A stretch of 64,000 bases of DNA, taken from Hyaloraphidium curvatum SAG 235-1. Taxonomy: Eukaryota; Fungi; Monoblepharomycota. The notes under the pieces are model-generated. The model did no database searches, was not told where the DNA came from, and saw nothing but the letters and a program-made list of their open reading frames with translations. Shown in pieces: positions 12,381 to 23,385 of the stretch. The DNA lies in the NCBI GenBank assembly GCA_025558095.1, contig JAIVFI010000042.1, positions 372,001 to 436,000 on the forward strand, in the 5' to 3' direction. The first letter of the stretch is position 1; every line of letters starts with the position of its first letter. Position numbers and translations under genes: made by a program.

Positions 12381-12901
12381 CAAGAGCATGATGATTTCAA
12401 TTCGGCGTCCCAATACACCGGTTCCCGTCATCCAAGCCTTCAGTATCACCCAGCTTCCCTACCCGCTCATGGGGGCCGAACCCTCGAGCCGTTGCGCGTG
12501 CAACCTCGCGACGACGCTCCGGCACACGTTATCCAGATCGCTGGCCTCGAACAGGTAGGCAGTCCCCCTCGCGCGGCAGACCTCGAAAGCCGCCACCACG
12601 GCATCCCTGGTGGGGACGAGCGAGGCAAGGGCCTGCGTCCGGTCCCAGGAGACGCCGGCCGGGGCGGGGGGTCCCATGGTGTTGTGACGTGTCGGTGACG
12701 GGAGCGCCCCCGCGTGACTGCGTTCGACCCACAACCGAGCACCGCGAGCGCGGGTACGCCTCCAACCCGTCCGGCTGACAAGATCTACATTACGTACACA
12801 CAAACGTCATCATGAATAGGAGACAAAGCTACGTCCCCGGGCGGCCGGCCGCACCGATCCCCGCTCCCCCTCTGTCCCTCCGATGAGATCCTCCACATCC
12901 C

Positions 12902-15117
12902 TCACGCCAGCTCCATCGCCTCCCCGTCCTGGTACAGGAACCCGCCAAAGTCCTCGTCGGGCGGCGGCGTCGGCGGCGCCGGGCCTCCGCCGCGCGCGTG
13001 CACCTCGGCCGCGAACCGGAGCGCCACCTTGCGGGCTGCCAAAACGCACGTCAGCAAACAAACACCGACACCACGGAGCACGGGAACCCACGCAGGCCGC
13101 CGTACCGCGCCCCCAGCCTCTCGAGAAACATCCCCGCCACCCCCGCTCCGTACTCGAGCCCCTGCACCTTCCCCCCCTGCTCCGCCGGCCTCGCAAGCTC
13201 GTCCAGCAGCACGCACCCCGCGATGTACGCCGGCCCCGCCGACGCGTGCGGCGCCCTGTTCCCCTCGGGCGTCCTCAGCAAGCCGTGGAGGTGGTTCGCG
13301 CACCGCATCGCGCGCTCGAGGGCGGGGCGGCGCAGGGAGGAGGCGAGGAGGACGGGGAGGGGGCGGGCGTCGGCGAGGAGGAGGGAGGAGAGGGAGGAGA
13401 GGGCGTTGGAGGGGGTCAGGTGCGGGGCTGAGAGGTACGCGGCCGAGTCGCCGCGGGAAAAGGCGGGGCCGAGGGCGGGGGGCAGGGAGTCGGGGATCGT
13501 GTCGGCGAGCAGGGCGAGGGCGAGGGCGGCGTCGGGTGCGGCGCAGCGGGTGGAGAGGTGCAGGAGGAAGGTGGAGAGGTGCAGGTGGCAGAGCACAGAG
13601 GCGCCGGCAAAGGGGCCCGAGGCGAGCAGGCCGACCGCGGTGCGCGAGTGCGGGTGCGAGGGGTCCGCGGTGGCGGGGAAGACGATCGGCGCCTGCAGCA
13701 CCGCGAGGTAGGCGGCAAAGGCCGCCGTGGCGTCCGGGTGCTCGAACAAGGCATCGGAGCACGGCATGGGCACGCCCGAGGCGTCGAAATAGTGCCCGAT
13801 CGCGGGCCGTTTGGCCTGCGCCGAGGTCGGCACGTCGATCGAGGCCACGAGGATGCGCAGGCGCAGGACCAGCTCGCGCGTGATCCAGGCGTCGGCGCCC
13901 GTGGGGTCGCCCGTCAGCTGCTGGCCGCGATAGAGCAGCTCGGCGGCCTGCGCCGTGCGCCGCATGAGCGGGTAAGAGCCCGAGGCGCCGACCACCGCGA
14001 GCACATCCAGCATCAGCGCGCCCGCCTGGGCGGCCTCGAGGTCCGGCGCGCCGCCCGCCAGCATCAGATCGCGGGCACGGTGGCAGCACCAGCGCGCATA
14101 CGAGAGCCGGTGGCGCTCCTCCAGCGAGTCCAGCCCGCGCGAGCCCACGGCCGCTGCCGCATAGGCGAGGGCAAAGGGCCGGCGGTTGGCGTACACGGCC
14201 GAGCTACCCGAGCGGAACGCCGCCTCGAACGACGGCTTGTGGAGCACGGGGAAGGCTGCGTGGAAGTCGGCCCAGAAGCGCGCCAGCGCGGGCAGCATGA
14301 CGTCTCCAACATCGACTCCCTCGGGCAGGTGGGGTGGGGGTATCGCCGGCAGGGCCGGCCGCGGCGACGGCATGCTCGGCCGCGGGGAGTGCATGTCGGG
14401 CGGGGTGGCCGGGCCGCCGGGCGTCGCGGGGCCGACCCAGGCGGGCGGGCCGCGCGTCGGGGTGAGCGAGCGCCACGGCGAGATTGGCGACGCCATGTAG
14501 TCCCGCCGGGCCGGGTTCGAGCCCTCCCTCCTCAAAGGAGCTCCGGGGCGCGGCCCGCCGGGCGTGCTCGCCGCAGCGGCCAGCCACGAGTCGGGCACGC
14601 GCGAGAGTGAGGCGCCCATGGCCCCCGCGGCGGACGCCCGGGCCTCCCTGGCCGCGGTCTCGGGGCCCGGCAGCGGCAGGGAGCCCGTGCGCACCAGCGG
14701 CGCCATGGCCTGCGCGTCCTGCGGCGCCTGCGGCTGCGTGGCCGAGCGGGGGAGCGCCTTATCTGGTTGCCCGATCCCGGCGATGCGCGCCCAGTCGACG
14801 CCGAGGTCCGACGACGAGCCGAACGGCGCGGCCACGACGACGAGCATCGGCTGCGAGGTGTGGCGGGCCGCGGCCGGCGGCTGGGCCGCGAGGGCAGCGC
14901 CGGCGGCGTTGACAGGTATAGCCGGGTGAGCCCCCCGCAATTCCGGCCCGCCGCGCGGCGCATCGCGGCCGTCCGCCGTCGCCGACAGCGGCATTCGCGG
15001 CGGCGCGAAGGCCGGCGGCGCGGCCGCATCGGCGCCGAGCCCGGCGAGGTCGAGCGGCGCCGGCGCGGCGGCCCGCCGGCGCGGCCAGGTGCCGGTGGCG
15101 GGTGGGGCGCCCGACAT
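12902..15117 (-). CDS. Fungal-specific transcription factor (Fungal_trans/middle homology region) protein
   Basis: FWADFHAAFPVLHKPSFE, LAYAAAAVGS, LEAAQA, WITRELVLR, MPCSDALFE; intron 13036-13091 supplies the C-terminal exon; long Pro-rich N-terminus with no Zn2Cys6 cluster seen. Confidence 0.7.
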
Positions 15118-16625
15118 CGTCCCGAAGCGTCCTCGGGCTTCCCGCGCGGACCCCCGGGCGAAGATCGCGCGCCGGGGAGACGCGTCGGGGCGGAGGATCG
15201 CCGCGGCTGCGGCCCGACCGGGGGGATCGCCACCGGCCGCACGGAAGGGTGCCCTCGCCCCGCCGACGTTTCCCGACTCGCACCACGCCGCAGCGGATTT
15301 CAACGGACCCTGCGGACCCTTCGGAAGCCGCTAGAAGGCAGAGCACACATCGCAGCGCATTTCCCGCCGCCTCCCCGGGCCGCCGTCGGCCGCCCATCGC
15401 CGCCCGCGCGCTGCACCGCCCTGCCGAACACCGCGCCGGGAACCCCCACCGCCCGAAGGGTCCGCCACGCCTCCGCCCCGCCGCGCCCGCAGAACCCTAC
15501 CAAGCCACGGGCAAAACAGCTGCGGATGGCCCGCGGACCCTTCCTGGCCGTCCGAAGCGGCCGCTCGGCGCGCGCGAGCCGGCCGCCGGCATCCCGGAAT
15601 GCCGCGGTACGGCCATCCCCGGCCGCCCCGGCCCGCCCGGGCCGAGGGGTGCATCCTGGCACGGGGGGCAAGGAATTTGTTCTGCCGGCGGCCAATGACG
15701 TTGTCGGCCTCACCGACGTGGGAATTGCCGGGGGAGCGATAAGCCCCGACAGGCAGCAAGCCCCGACACAAGGGCGGTGCATCGCCCGGGGCGGGCCGGT
15801 CCTTTGCCTGAACAAGCATGTCGCTGGCCATCCACAGCTGTGGTTCCGAACGCGGCTGCGCGCGACGGTCCGATGAATGGAGTCCCCCAGAATCCCTCTA
15901 AACATCGTCCGCGTGGCCGCCCTTCCCAGCGAGCCTTCCGCCAGCGGGAGCCCGGGCGGCACGGTTCCGTACCGCGATGAAGAGAGCGGTCCCGACCTGG
16001 AAAGACGCGGTACGATGCTGGTTTGTCCGGGCTTGCGCCCAGTTCCGATCCAGCTGCGCGCGACGCGGCCCGGTCAGGCCGGGCGCGGTGCGCAAGCGGG
16101 GCAGCACGGCCCTTTACCGCAAGCAATGAACGATGCCGACCCGGAACAGTGCCTGGCTATGTCCGTTCCGCCTGGATTGTGTCCAGTTTCATCCAGGACC
16201 AGCGAAAGGAGAACAATCCCCAGATCAGGCCCGGTCCGATGCCTAGCCTGGGAAGCGCGGTCCCTTACCGCAATTCGGAGAAGCGTTCCGACCTGCCAAA
16301 GTGCTAGAGTCGTTGGTTTGACCCAGATGGCGTCCAGGGCCGTCCAGGACCGACCGAGGCGCCCGCAAGCCGGATCGGGCCGACTTTGAAGCGGAGGCCG
16401 ACAAGCTCGGGCCCTTGCAGCTGTTCCGACATCGCATCCGAGCTTGAGAAGCGCCCAATGGTGTTGATTTTGCTATGAATCTGTCCAGTTCAATCCAGGG
16501 CCGCCGGACCCCGGCCGGTCGATCGGATAGGCTTGTAGCGGAGGTCAACAAGCGCGGTCTCTTACCGCACTTCGGAAACAACTACGGCCTGGGAAGATGC
16601 ACGCCATCGTTGATTCGGCCCAAAA

Positions 16626-17381
16626 ATGCGTCCAGTTTCTTCCAGGAGCCCTGCGGCCAACACCACCTATGCGATCGACGATGACTCCCTCGCGACAACA
16701 ACATGCGACCCCGCCGGGCTCATCGCAGCCCGGCCGGCCACGCCCGCCGACCCCCCTCCGCAACTCTACGCGGAGCCGCCGAAGGGCTCGCTGCTCGCGC
16801 TGCCGCCCGAAGTGCTCGAACGCGTCGCGGGGCTGCTGCCTCCCGCCGATGCCTCCCGCCTCTCGCGGGCGTGCCGCGCGTTCGCGGCCGAGCTGCGCAC
16901 GCTGGCCGTGGAAACGGCGCTGGATGCCGAACTTACGCGGCTCGAAGTCCAACGCGACCGCCTGAATCGCATGCCGATACGGACCCCGCCCGTCGCGCGT
17001 GACCGGCGGGGCCGCAGGATGAACGCAAGGCCCAGCACCGTCAGGGCCGGAATCTCGGGCGAAGCTCTTAGGGTGCTGCAGAGCGCGAACAACCTCCAGA
17101 TGGACATCCTCGAGCTCGCGTGGGAGGTAGCGTTCGACGCGTCCGGAGCCAACGCTGCGCGGACGATGAGGGAGCTCGGCCGTTCGTGGAAGGCGGGAAG
17201 CCGCAACCAATCGGCATGGCCAGAACGGGAGGAGCTCAGCAGGATCCGCGATGATTGGGAGCGGCACCGCGAAAGGGCTACGCGGCCCGGCCGGCCACTG
17301 CGTCATGGGATGTCCCCGGCGCAGCTCATGCACCTGTTCTGGGTCGCAGCGAGGGGTGATAACTCTCACCCGGAGCCCTGA
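16626..17381 (+). CDS. F-box domain protein
   Basis: SLLALPPEVLERVAGLLPPADASRLSRACRAF is a good F-box match; start codon uncertain. Confidence 0.6.
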   Translation: MRPVSSRSPAANTTYAIDDDSLATTTCDPAGLIAARPATPADPPPQLYAEPPKGSLLALPPEVLERVAGLLPPADASRLSRACRAFAAELRTLAVETALDAELTRLEVQRDRLNRMPIRTPPVARDRRGRRMNARPSTVRAGISGEALRVLQSANNLQMDILELAWEVAFDASGANAARTMRELGRSWKAGSRNQSAWPEREELSRIRDDWERHRERATRPGRPLRHGMSPAQLMHLFWVAARGDNSHPEP

Positions 17382-17489
17382 AGGGGCTCGTGGTGAACCT
17401 CTAGCACTATGGTGACATTAGGCGATTCATGTACGCGTGTATGGACAATCCGGATACAAGGAGCCTTGCGCTAGCAGACCGCCCCGCGC

Positions 17490-18282
17490 TCACCCGCTCT
17501 TCTCCACTTTCTTGGCGATCGCCCTGTAATACGCCGCCCGCATCGTCGCCCCGTCGAACGACCTGTCCGTCATCGAATCCCCCTTCTCCGCGCGCTCCTT
17601 CATCGTCCCCGCGAGCCGCGCCATCACCCCTTCCAGGTCCTCCTTGGCCGGGATAAAGTACAACGCGAGGGAAGGCAGGGCGGGCGGGGTGCCGGCGAGG
17701 GTGGAGACGAGCTTGTACCGCCGCGCGGAGTGGAAGCCGGGGACGGAGATGACGTCCTTGAGGTGGACGGTGTCGTACCACTCGGCGAATTCCTTCTCCA
17801 GGCCCTCGACCGGTTTTGCTGCAGGTGCTACGTCAGCTGTGGAAGCCCAATCCGCGTTCCTCAGACCTACCAAGCACGGCAAGCAAGCCGCCAAGCGGCT
17901 CCCCGTCCACCGCCCCATCGGCAAACACAGTCGGGCACGTCGCCTCGCCAAAGAACCCCTCCGTTTTCTCGCGGTCCACAGAATCAGACAGCACGTGCGG
18001 CGGCGGCAGCCCCTTTGCCGCCGCTTCCTCCAGCCTCTTCCTGAACTCCCCGCCCGACTTTTGGAACCGCGCTATCCCCGCGTCCCCGTCGAGGTCGTAC
18101 AACACGAGGTACTTGGCCGGAAAGTCGCCGCCGAGCACCTTCTCGACGGCGAACCGCTGCCCCGCCAGGCACCCGTCGAACGCGACCGCGTCGCGGATGT
18201 GGTGCGTGTTGTACCACTCGTTGTGCTCGTCGTCGCGGCCGGGGTGGGCGGCGATGAGTGCGGCGAGGACTGCGGAGGCCAT
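17490..18282 (-). CDS. Tandem dimeric alpha-beta-barrel (EthD/DUF4286-like) protein (2 exons)
   Basis: Two repeats: GRDDEHNEWYNTHHIRDAVAFDGCLAGQRF...KYLVLYDL and GLEKEFAEWYDTVHLKDVISVPGFHSARRY...SLALY; intron 17819-17870 (GTAGGT..CAG). Confidence 0.7.
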
Positions 18283-18444
18283 TGCGGGCGCGGAGTCACG
18301 CGATTCGTTCCAGGGGCGGCGGGTGGCGGACGAGGGTGTCTGGTGTCTCCCACCATTGATTCCGCCGGTGGGCTGTCCATCGCATCGATCGAACCGGGAA
18401 CAAGAATCGACGATAATGACATCTCTTCGAACGGGGAGAGAGCT

Positions 18445-19161
18445 CTACACGTACTGACGCTCCCGATCTCCGCAGAACGGCCCGGCCTGGTCCGGCGCGA
18501 GGCGCCGCACCTCCACCCTGAACCTCGTGATCATCATGGTCCGCCCGGACATCCTCACGACGACGGCGTCGATCGAGCCCATGGCGCCGACGAAGCGCTC
18601 CACGCTCAACTGCCGCGGAAAGGGCCGCTTGCCGGCGGCGGAATGGCAGAGGCGGCCGACGCCCGGCGACACCGACGCCTCGGGGTCTCCGATCAGGGGG
18701 GTGGACCCCCCCGCTACGGCCGCGGCCATCCACCACCCCGCACCGCGGTGCGGGTGCTCGCGGAACAGGGTGGCGAAGATGTCGTCGAACGACAGGTTGG
18801 AAGTGCCCCAGTACGAGGCGCACTCGCCGCGCGCGAGGATGCGGGGGGTGCGGAGGGGAACGAGGGCCGGCCAGACGAGGATGCGCTTCCCGTCGGAGAG
18901 GTCGTTGCAGATCTCCATGATCGTGGTGGGGATCATTTGCGGGTCCGTCGGGTTGCCGGAGTTGCCCGCGTCGGGACCCGAGGCAGCGATCGTCGCGTTG
19001 CCGCCGTCGGTGCTATTGTCCGAGGAGATGGGGTCGTCGATGTCGGTGTCGGAAGTCGCGGAGGCATCGTTCGCGTCGCGGGTGCCGAGGGGGGCCGCCG
19101 AGGCCGAGCAGGCCAGGCCGACGGCAAGCGCGAGCAGGAGGATGAGTGTGCTGATCTTCAT
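18445..19161 (-). CDS. Secreted protein, type A copy 1 (238 aa, unknown function)
   Basis: Signal peptide MKISTLILLLALAVGLACSASA, acidic pro-region, then MEICNDL...GECASYWG...RGAGWWMAAAVAG domain; TATA box upstream; intronless. Confidence 0.75.
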   Translation of the reverse strand: MKISTLILLLALAVGLACSASAAPLGTRDANDASATSDTDIDDPISSDNSTDGGNATIAASGPDAGNSGNPTDPQMIPTTIMEICNDLSDGKRILVWPALVPLRTPRILARGECASYWGTSNLSFDDIFATLFREHPHRGAGWWMAAAVAGGSTPLIGDPEASVSPGVGRLCHSAAGKRPFPRQLSVERFVGAMGSIDAVVVRMSGRTMMITRFRVEVRRLAPDQAGPFCGDRERQYV

Positions 19162-19216
19162 TGCGACGTCAAGTCTAGTTTTCGTTCTGGAACCGGCAAT
19201 GTCAGGGACGGCGGGC

Positions 19217-19223
19217 TTATATA
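19217..19223 (-). promoter_or_regulatory. TATA box of secreted gene A copy 1
   Basis: TATATAA ~56 nt upstream of ATG 19161 in a GC-rich background; conserved in the duplicate at 25671-25677. Confidence 0.6.
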
Positions 19224-19557
19224 GCGTCCGAGGCCCGGAACGGATGTTTGGGACGCGGACTTCGAGACTGTGGCGGTGCGTCAGCCACCGCCGGCGCTGC
19301 CTCGTCCGAGGTCCCAGTGCCACGACCGGTCGGGGAGCGATTCTCAAGGAAACTGGAAGTGACCGACGTGAGCTGCTTCCGCTGAAGCCGGCCCGAGGTC
19401 AGGCGTTCGCTGCCTTCCCCGGGGTGAGATGCAGAGGGTTCCGCACCGCCACCGTTCTGGAGTTCGCGGACCGTCATCCGTTCCGCGGCCCGCAGGTACA
19501 TATACCTGCCGCTACCGGCCTCTGAAATTGCAGATCAACCATCGGACGCCAACGCAT

Positions 19558-20370
19558 ATGAAGCTCCTCCCTCTCCTCCTCCTGGCACTCGCCACCATCG
19601 GCCTCGCGCACGGTGCCCTCGCCGCGCCCTTCGGCAGGCGCGATGCGGATGCCGACGGCACGAATGCCGGAGCGCAGTTCAACGCAGCCGATGCCGAGCT
19701 CTCCGGCAACGACGTTTCGACTGACGGCGCTGCGGAAGGCCCCTCCATCCTGCCTGTGAAAGAGTCAGAAGTAGATGTCGACGACGCCGAACCCACACCA
19801 CGCGCTCCGCTCACGTACATGGACATCTGCAACTACCTCCCCAAAGGACAGCGCCTCCTCGTCAAGCTCACGGACACCCCGGGTCTCCAGCCGAGGCTCC
19901 TCGAGACCGGCGAGTGCGCCACGTACGCCGGCCGCGGCCCGCACCCCCTGCTCCCCATCGACGACGTCCTCGTCACCCTGTACCGCGAGAACCCCGCCCG
20001 CGGGGCCGGATGGTGGGCCGCCGCGGCGGTCGCCGGCGCCGTCCGCAAGGAGGACGGCGCACACCCCGAGGCGTCGGCGTCGGACCGCCTCGCCTTACAG
20101 CCCGGGTGCGGGGCGTCCCCCGGCAAGCGTGCGTTCCGCTTCGAGGGACGGTTTCCCCAGCTTTTCGGGGGCGCCGAGAACCGCATGCAGGTGTCCATCA
20201 TGAGGCTGCGGGACCAGGAAGGGAGCAGGGCGTTCAGGGTTTCCGCGATCGAGCTCGGATCCACGCTGGCCGGGCAGGGCTGCCGCATCGAGGCCCACCT
20301 GCAGTTCCCGAGCGCTGCCGGCAACGGCACCGGGAACGACGCCTTGCAGCCGCTTTCGATCGACCGTTAG
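19558..20370 (+). CDS. Secreted protein, type B copy 1 (270 aa; paralog of type A)
   Basis: Signal peptide MKLLPLLLLALATIGLAHGALA, then APFGRR-DADAD; TYMDICNYL...GECATYAG...RGAGWWAAAAVAG aligns with type A. Confidence 0.75.
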   Translation: MKLLPLLLLALATIGLAHGALAAPFGRRDADADGTNAGAQFNAADAELSGNDVSTDGAAEGPSILPVKESEVDVDDAEPTPRAPLTYMDICNYLPKGQRLLVKLTDTPGLQPRLLETGECATYAGRGPHPLLPIDDVLVTLYRENPARGAGWWAAAAVAGAVRKEDGAHPEASASDRLALQPGCGASPGKRAFRFEGRFPQLFGGAENRMQVSIMRLRDQEGSRAFRVSAIELGSTLAGQGCRIEAHLQFPSAAGNGTGNDALQPLSIDR

Positions 20371-20545
20371 CGGGCAGCGGACCCGATCTAGCTAGATGCA
20401 GTATTCCGTTCTCCCAATACATCAAGAAGCCAACAGAATCATCCTATAATCCAACCCAACCGTCCGATGCATCCAGCCTCGGCCGCTCCACCGCGGAACT
20501 ATCTACACGCCCGCCCCGCGGGCTCCCGGTGCCCGGCACCGGGGA

Positions 20546-23385
20546 TCACTTGAGCGTCGCACGGACGCAGTACCGAACGTTGTTCCCTGCGCACGTTCCG
20601 ATCAGCCCGTGCCGCACCCGGCGGCCGATGCGCGACCCACCTGCGCCCACGTACGACCATACCCGAACGCTTGATCCGAAGATGCCTTCAATGCGCGCTC
20701 CCGAGTTGATCCCGAAGATGGCCTTGTCCCCGTCCTGCCAAACCACCAGCTCCGCCGTCTTGACCGGCCTCGAGAAGGTGAGCACCTCCGTCCCGTCGCT
20801 CCGGCGCCACCCGAACAGGCCGTGGCACCGGCGCTCCCCCCAGAGCTCCTCCACGCGCTCCCCGGGCCCCGCGTAGCTGGGCGAGTCGGGATCGGGGACG
20901 ACGGGGAAGATGGCGTTGCTGGCGCGCATCGGGGGGACGTAGGAAGGGCCGCCGAGGGTCAGGTTGGCGATGCCGGATTCGAGCTCGGGTTTGGGGTCGG
21001 GGAGGGGGGTGCCGGTCCCCGAGAGGCGCTGGCCGCCACATGCAGGTTAGCAAAAGCGCGATGCGGATCAAGCGAGGGAACCCACGTCGCTGGCGCGGGA
21101 TAGGAACCCGCCGGCGGATGCGAGCGCGCTGGCCAGCGCGGCGCCCCAGAGGCTGTTGCTCGAGGGCTTTGCCTGCGGCGGCGGGAGGGGCTCCGCCAGC
21201 CCGTCCAAGGGCGGCAGGCCCTCGAAGGGAGGCAGCGCGGCGGCGCTCTCGAAGGTCTCGGCGGGGTGCACGTCCACGGGCTCCGCCAGCGCGTCGGCGG
21301 GGTCGGCCCACTCCTCGTCCAGCGACTCGTACCCCGTCTCGTCGCCGCTTTCCTCCCCCCTCAGCTCCACCTCCAGCACATCCTCCTCCGACCCGTAGTC
21401 CTCCTCGTCGTACTCCTCCTCCCCATCCTCCTCCTCGCTCCCGCTCCACTCCCCGTCCTGCATCCCTCCCTCCCTCCACCCGCCCCCGCCCTCCCACCGC
21501 ACCGTCCCCCCGCTGCTCCCGCTCGCACCGCTGCCGCCCCCGTTCCCCGCCGTGCTCCCGCCGCTCCACCCGCTCCCGCTCTCCCTCCCGCTCCCCCCGT
21601 CGCTCGGCGTCGCCTCGTCCCACCCCCACCCGGCCGCGGCGGGGGGCGGCACCACCTTTGCCGCGAACGCGGCGAGCACGCCCCGGGCGCGCCACAGCGC
21701 GACTCCGAGATCGACGACCACCGCCGCGTGCTGGCCCGGCTCCCGCGGCACCGGCATGTGCAGGGGGAGGCACGGCGCGGGGTCGGTGCCCCAGCCGCCG
21801 GCGAGGCAGGGGAGGGCGGGGTCGAGGAGGATGGCGGCCTTGGCGGCGACGGCGGCGTCGAGCTGCCGGACGGTACGGGCGGGTGAGCGGATGCGTGTAA
21901 GGGCAGCGGAGGACGTACCGGGGACGGGTGGGTGCGCTGCGCGGCGAGGGTGAGCCGGCACCCGGCGTCGCCGAGGGGCTCCACGAGGAGGACGGCGAGG
22001 TAGTCGGGGGCCTGGTGCACGAAGCTCGTGTCCTGCGCCGGGAGGGGGCGGCAGAGGGGCTCGCTGACGCGCGAGTCGAAGTTGAGGAGGAAGAGGAGGG
22101 AGGAAGAGGAGAGGGGGAGGGGGTCGGGTTGCGGGGGGCGCGGGGAGGTGGCGGAGCGCGGGGAGAGGGGCGGTGCGTATGCGGGGGATGCGGGGGGGTA
22201 CGTGGCGTGCGCGGGGGGGTACGGGGCGGCGGCGGCGTACGGGGCGTTGGGCTGGTAGGAAAAGTGGCCGTAGCCTGCGCTCGGGGGGCTGGACGGGGCC
22301 GCGGCGGGGTAGGTCGAGAAGAGGTGCGGCGACGCGCCGAGCTCCCCCGATGCATGGTACCCCGCGGGGCTGGCGGGGCTGGTCGGGCTGGGGAACGAGG
22401 AGCTGCCCGTGCGGGCGGCGTAGACGTCGAGCAGGGGCGCGCCGTCGCGGCCGTCGTAGTCGCTGTCGTCGTCGTCGCGCCGGCGGGCGCGGCGGTCCCG
22501 AGCGCGGGCGGGGTTCTTGGTCCGCGTCCTGGCGGGGGGCCCGACCCTAAGCAGTTGCGGGTCCTGTGCGGGGGGGGGGGGAGGGAGGGGTGGAAGGGGG
22601 GCGGATGAGTGCGGGATCGACGGACTGCGAGGCGGCAGGATCCCACATTGGGCCTGCGATCCCAGGCGCACTTGTCGGGCGTGCAGTTGCGGTGGCGTGT
22701 GTAGTTGCCAGACGGCCCCTTGCTCATGTTACCGTCGGGCACGCCCTCGTGCATGCCGTGGTGGCAGTAGACCGACACGAAGCGCAGCTGGCCGTCGCCG
22801 CCTGCGGGGGCAAACAGCAGCACGTGCGGCGCGGCCTTGTAGAAGCAGCAGGCGGGCAGCCTGTTGAGGAGGGCGGCGAGGTCGGACGGCCAGCCGGGCT
22901 GGCGCGAGGCGGCGAGGGCGGCGAGCACGGCGGGCCAGGTTTCGGCGGTGACTGCGGGCAGCGAGCGGTGCACGCGGCCGAAGCCGGGGCGGCCGCCCGC
23001 CGAGGTGAGGTAGGCCGAGTACTGCTGCTCGTCGGGCGGCGGCGACCCCGAGCCGGGCGAGCCGGACGAGTTCTCTGCGGCGGCGGGCGGGTCAGCGAGC
23101 CCGCGGGTCGCCCATCCCGGATCGGCACCCACCCGACGACAGCTGGCGGGCCGAGCGGGCGGCGCCCGAGGCGCGGCGGGCGTTCTTTTGTCCCCCCGCG
23201 GTGGTCGGCGCGCCCGACTTCCTGCGGCCCGCCTTGCCCCGCCCGGCCCCGGCCGCCGCGGATGTCTCGCCGGCGAGCGGCGGCGGCGGCGGCATCGCGG
23301 GCGCCGGGTGGGCGGCGGTCACGGCATGGCCGGCCGTCGGGGGATGCGGGGGCGCGCCGGGCGGGCCGGCGGGCGGCGCCGCCAT
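20546..23385 (-). CDS. Multi-exon hypothetical protein (Pro-rich and acidic linkers between globular segments)
   Basis: ORF pieces 23092-23553, 20688-23132, 21361-22671, 21068-21961 and 20546-20929 appear joinable by GT..AG introns (three read in frame, e.g. GTGGGT..CTGAC..CAG near 23075-23132; last junction not resolved); contains YCHHGMH...HRNCxxxxC segment. Confidence 0.6.

Larger units (their letters stand above)
18442..19950. repeat. Left arm of ~1.5-kb inverted duplication IR1 (partner ~24950-26467)
   Basis: Gene A, the ~400-bp intergenic region and the 5' half of gene B are the reverse complement of 24950-26467; inner boundary approximate. Confidence 0.9.

Noticed and set aside
12459-12803. 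Small minus-strand ORF
   Set aside because: No motif, homolog or splice support visible
22561-22605. Poly-G tract as a G-quadruplex element
   Set aside because: It is the C-rich polypyrimidine tract of a minus-strand intron
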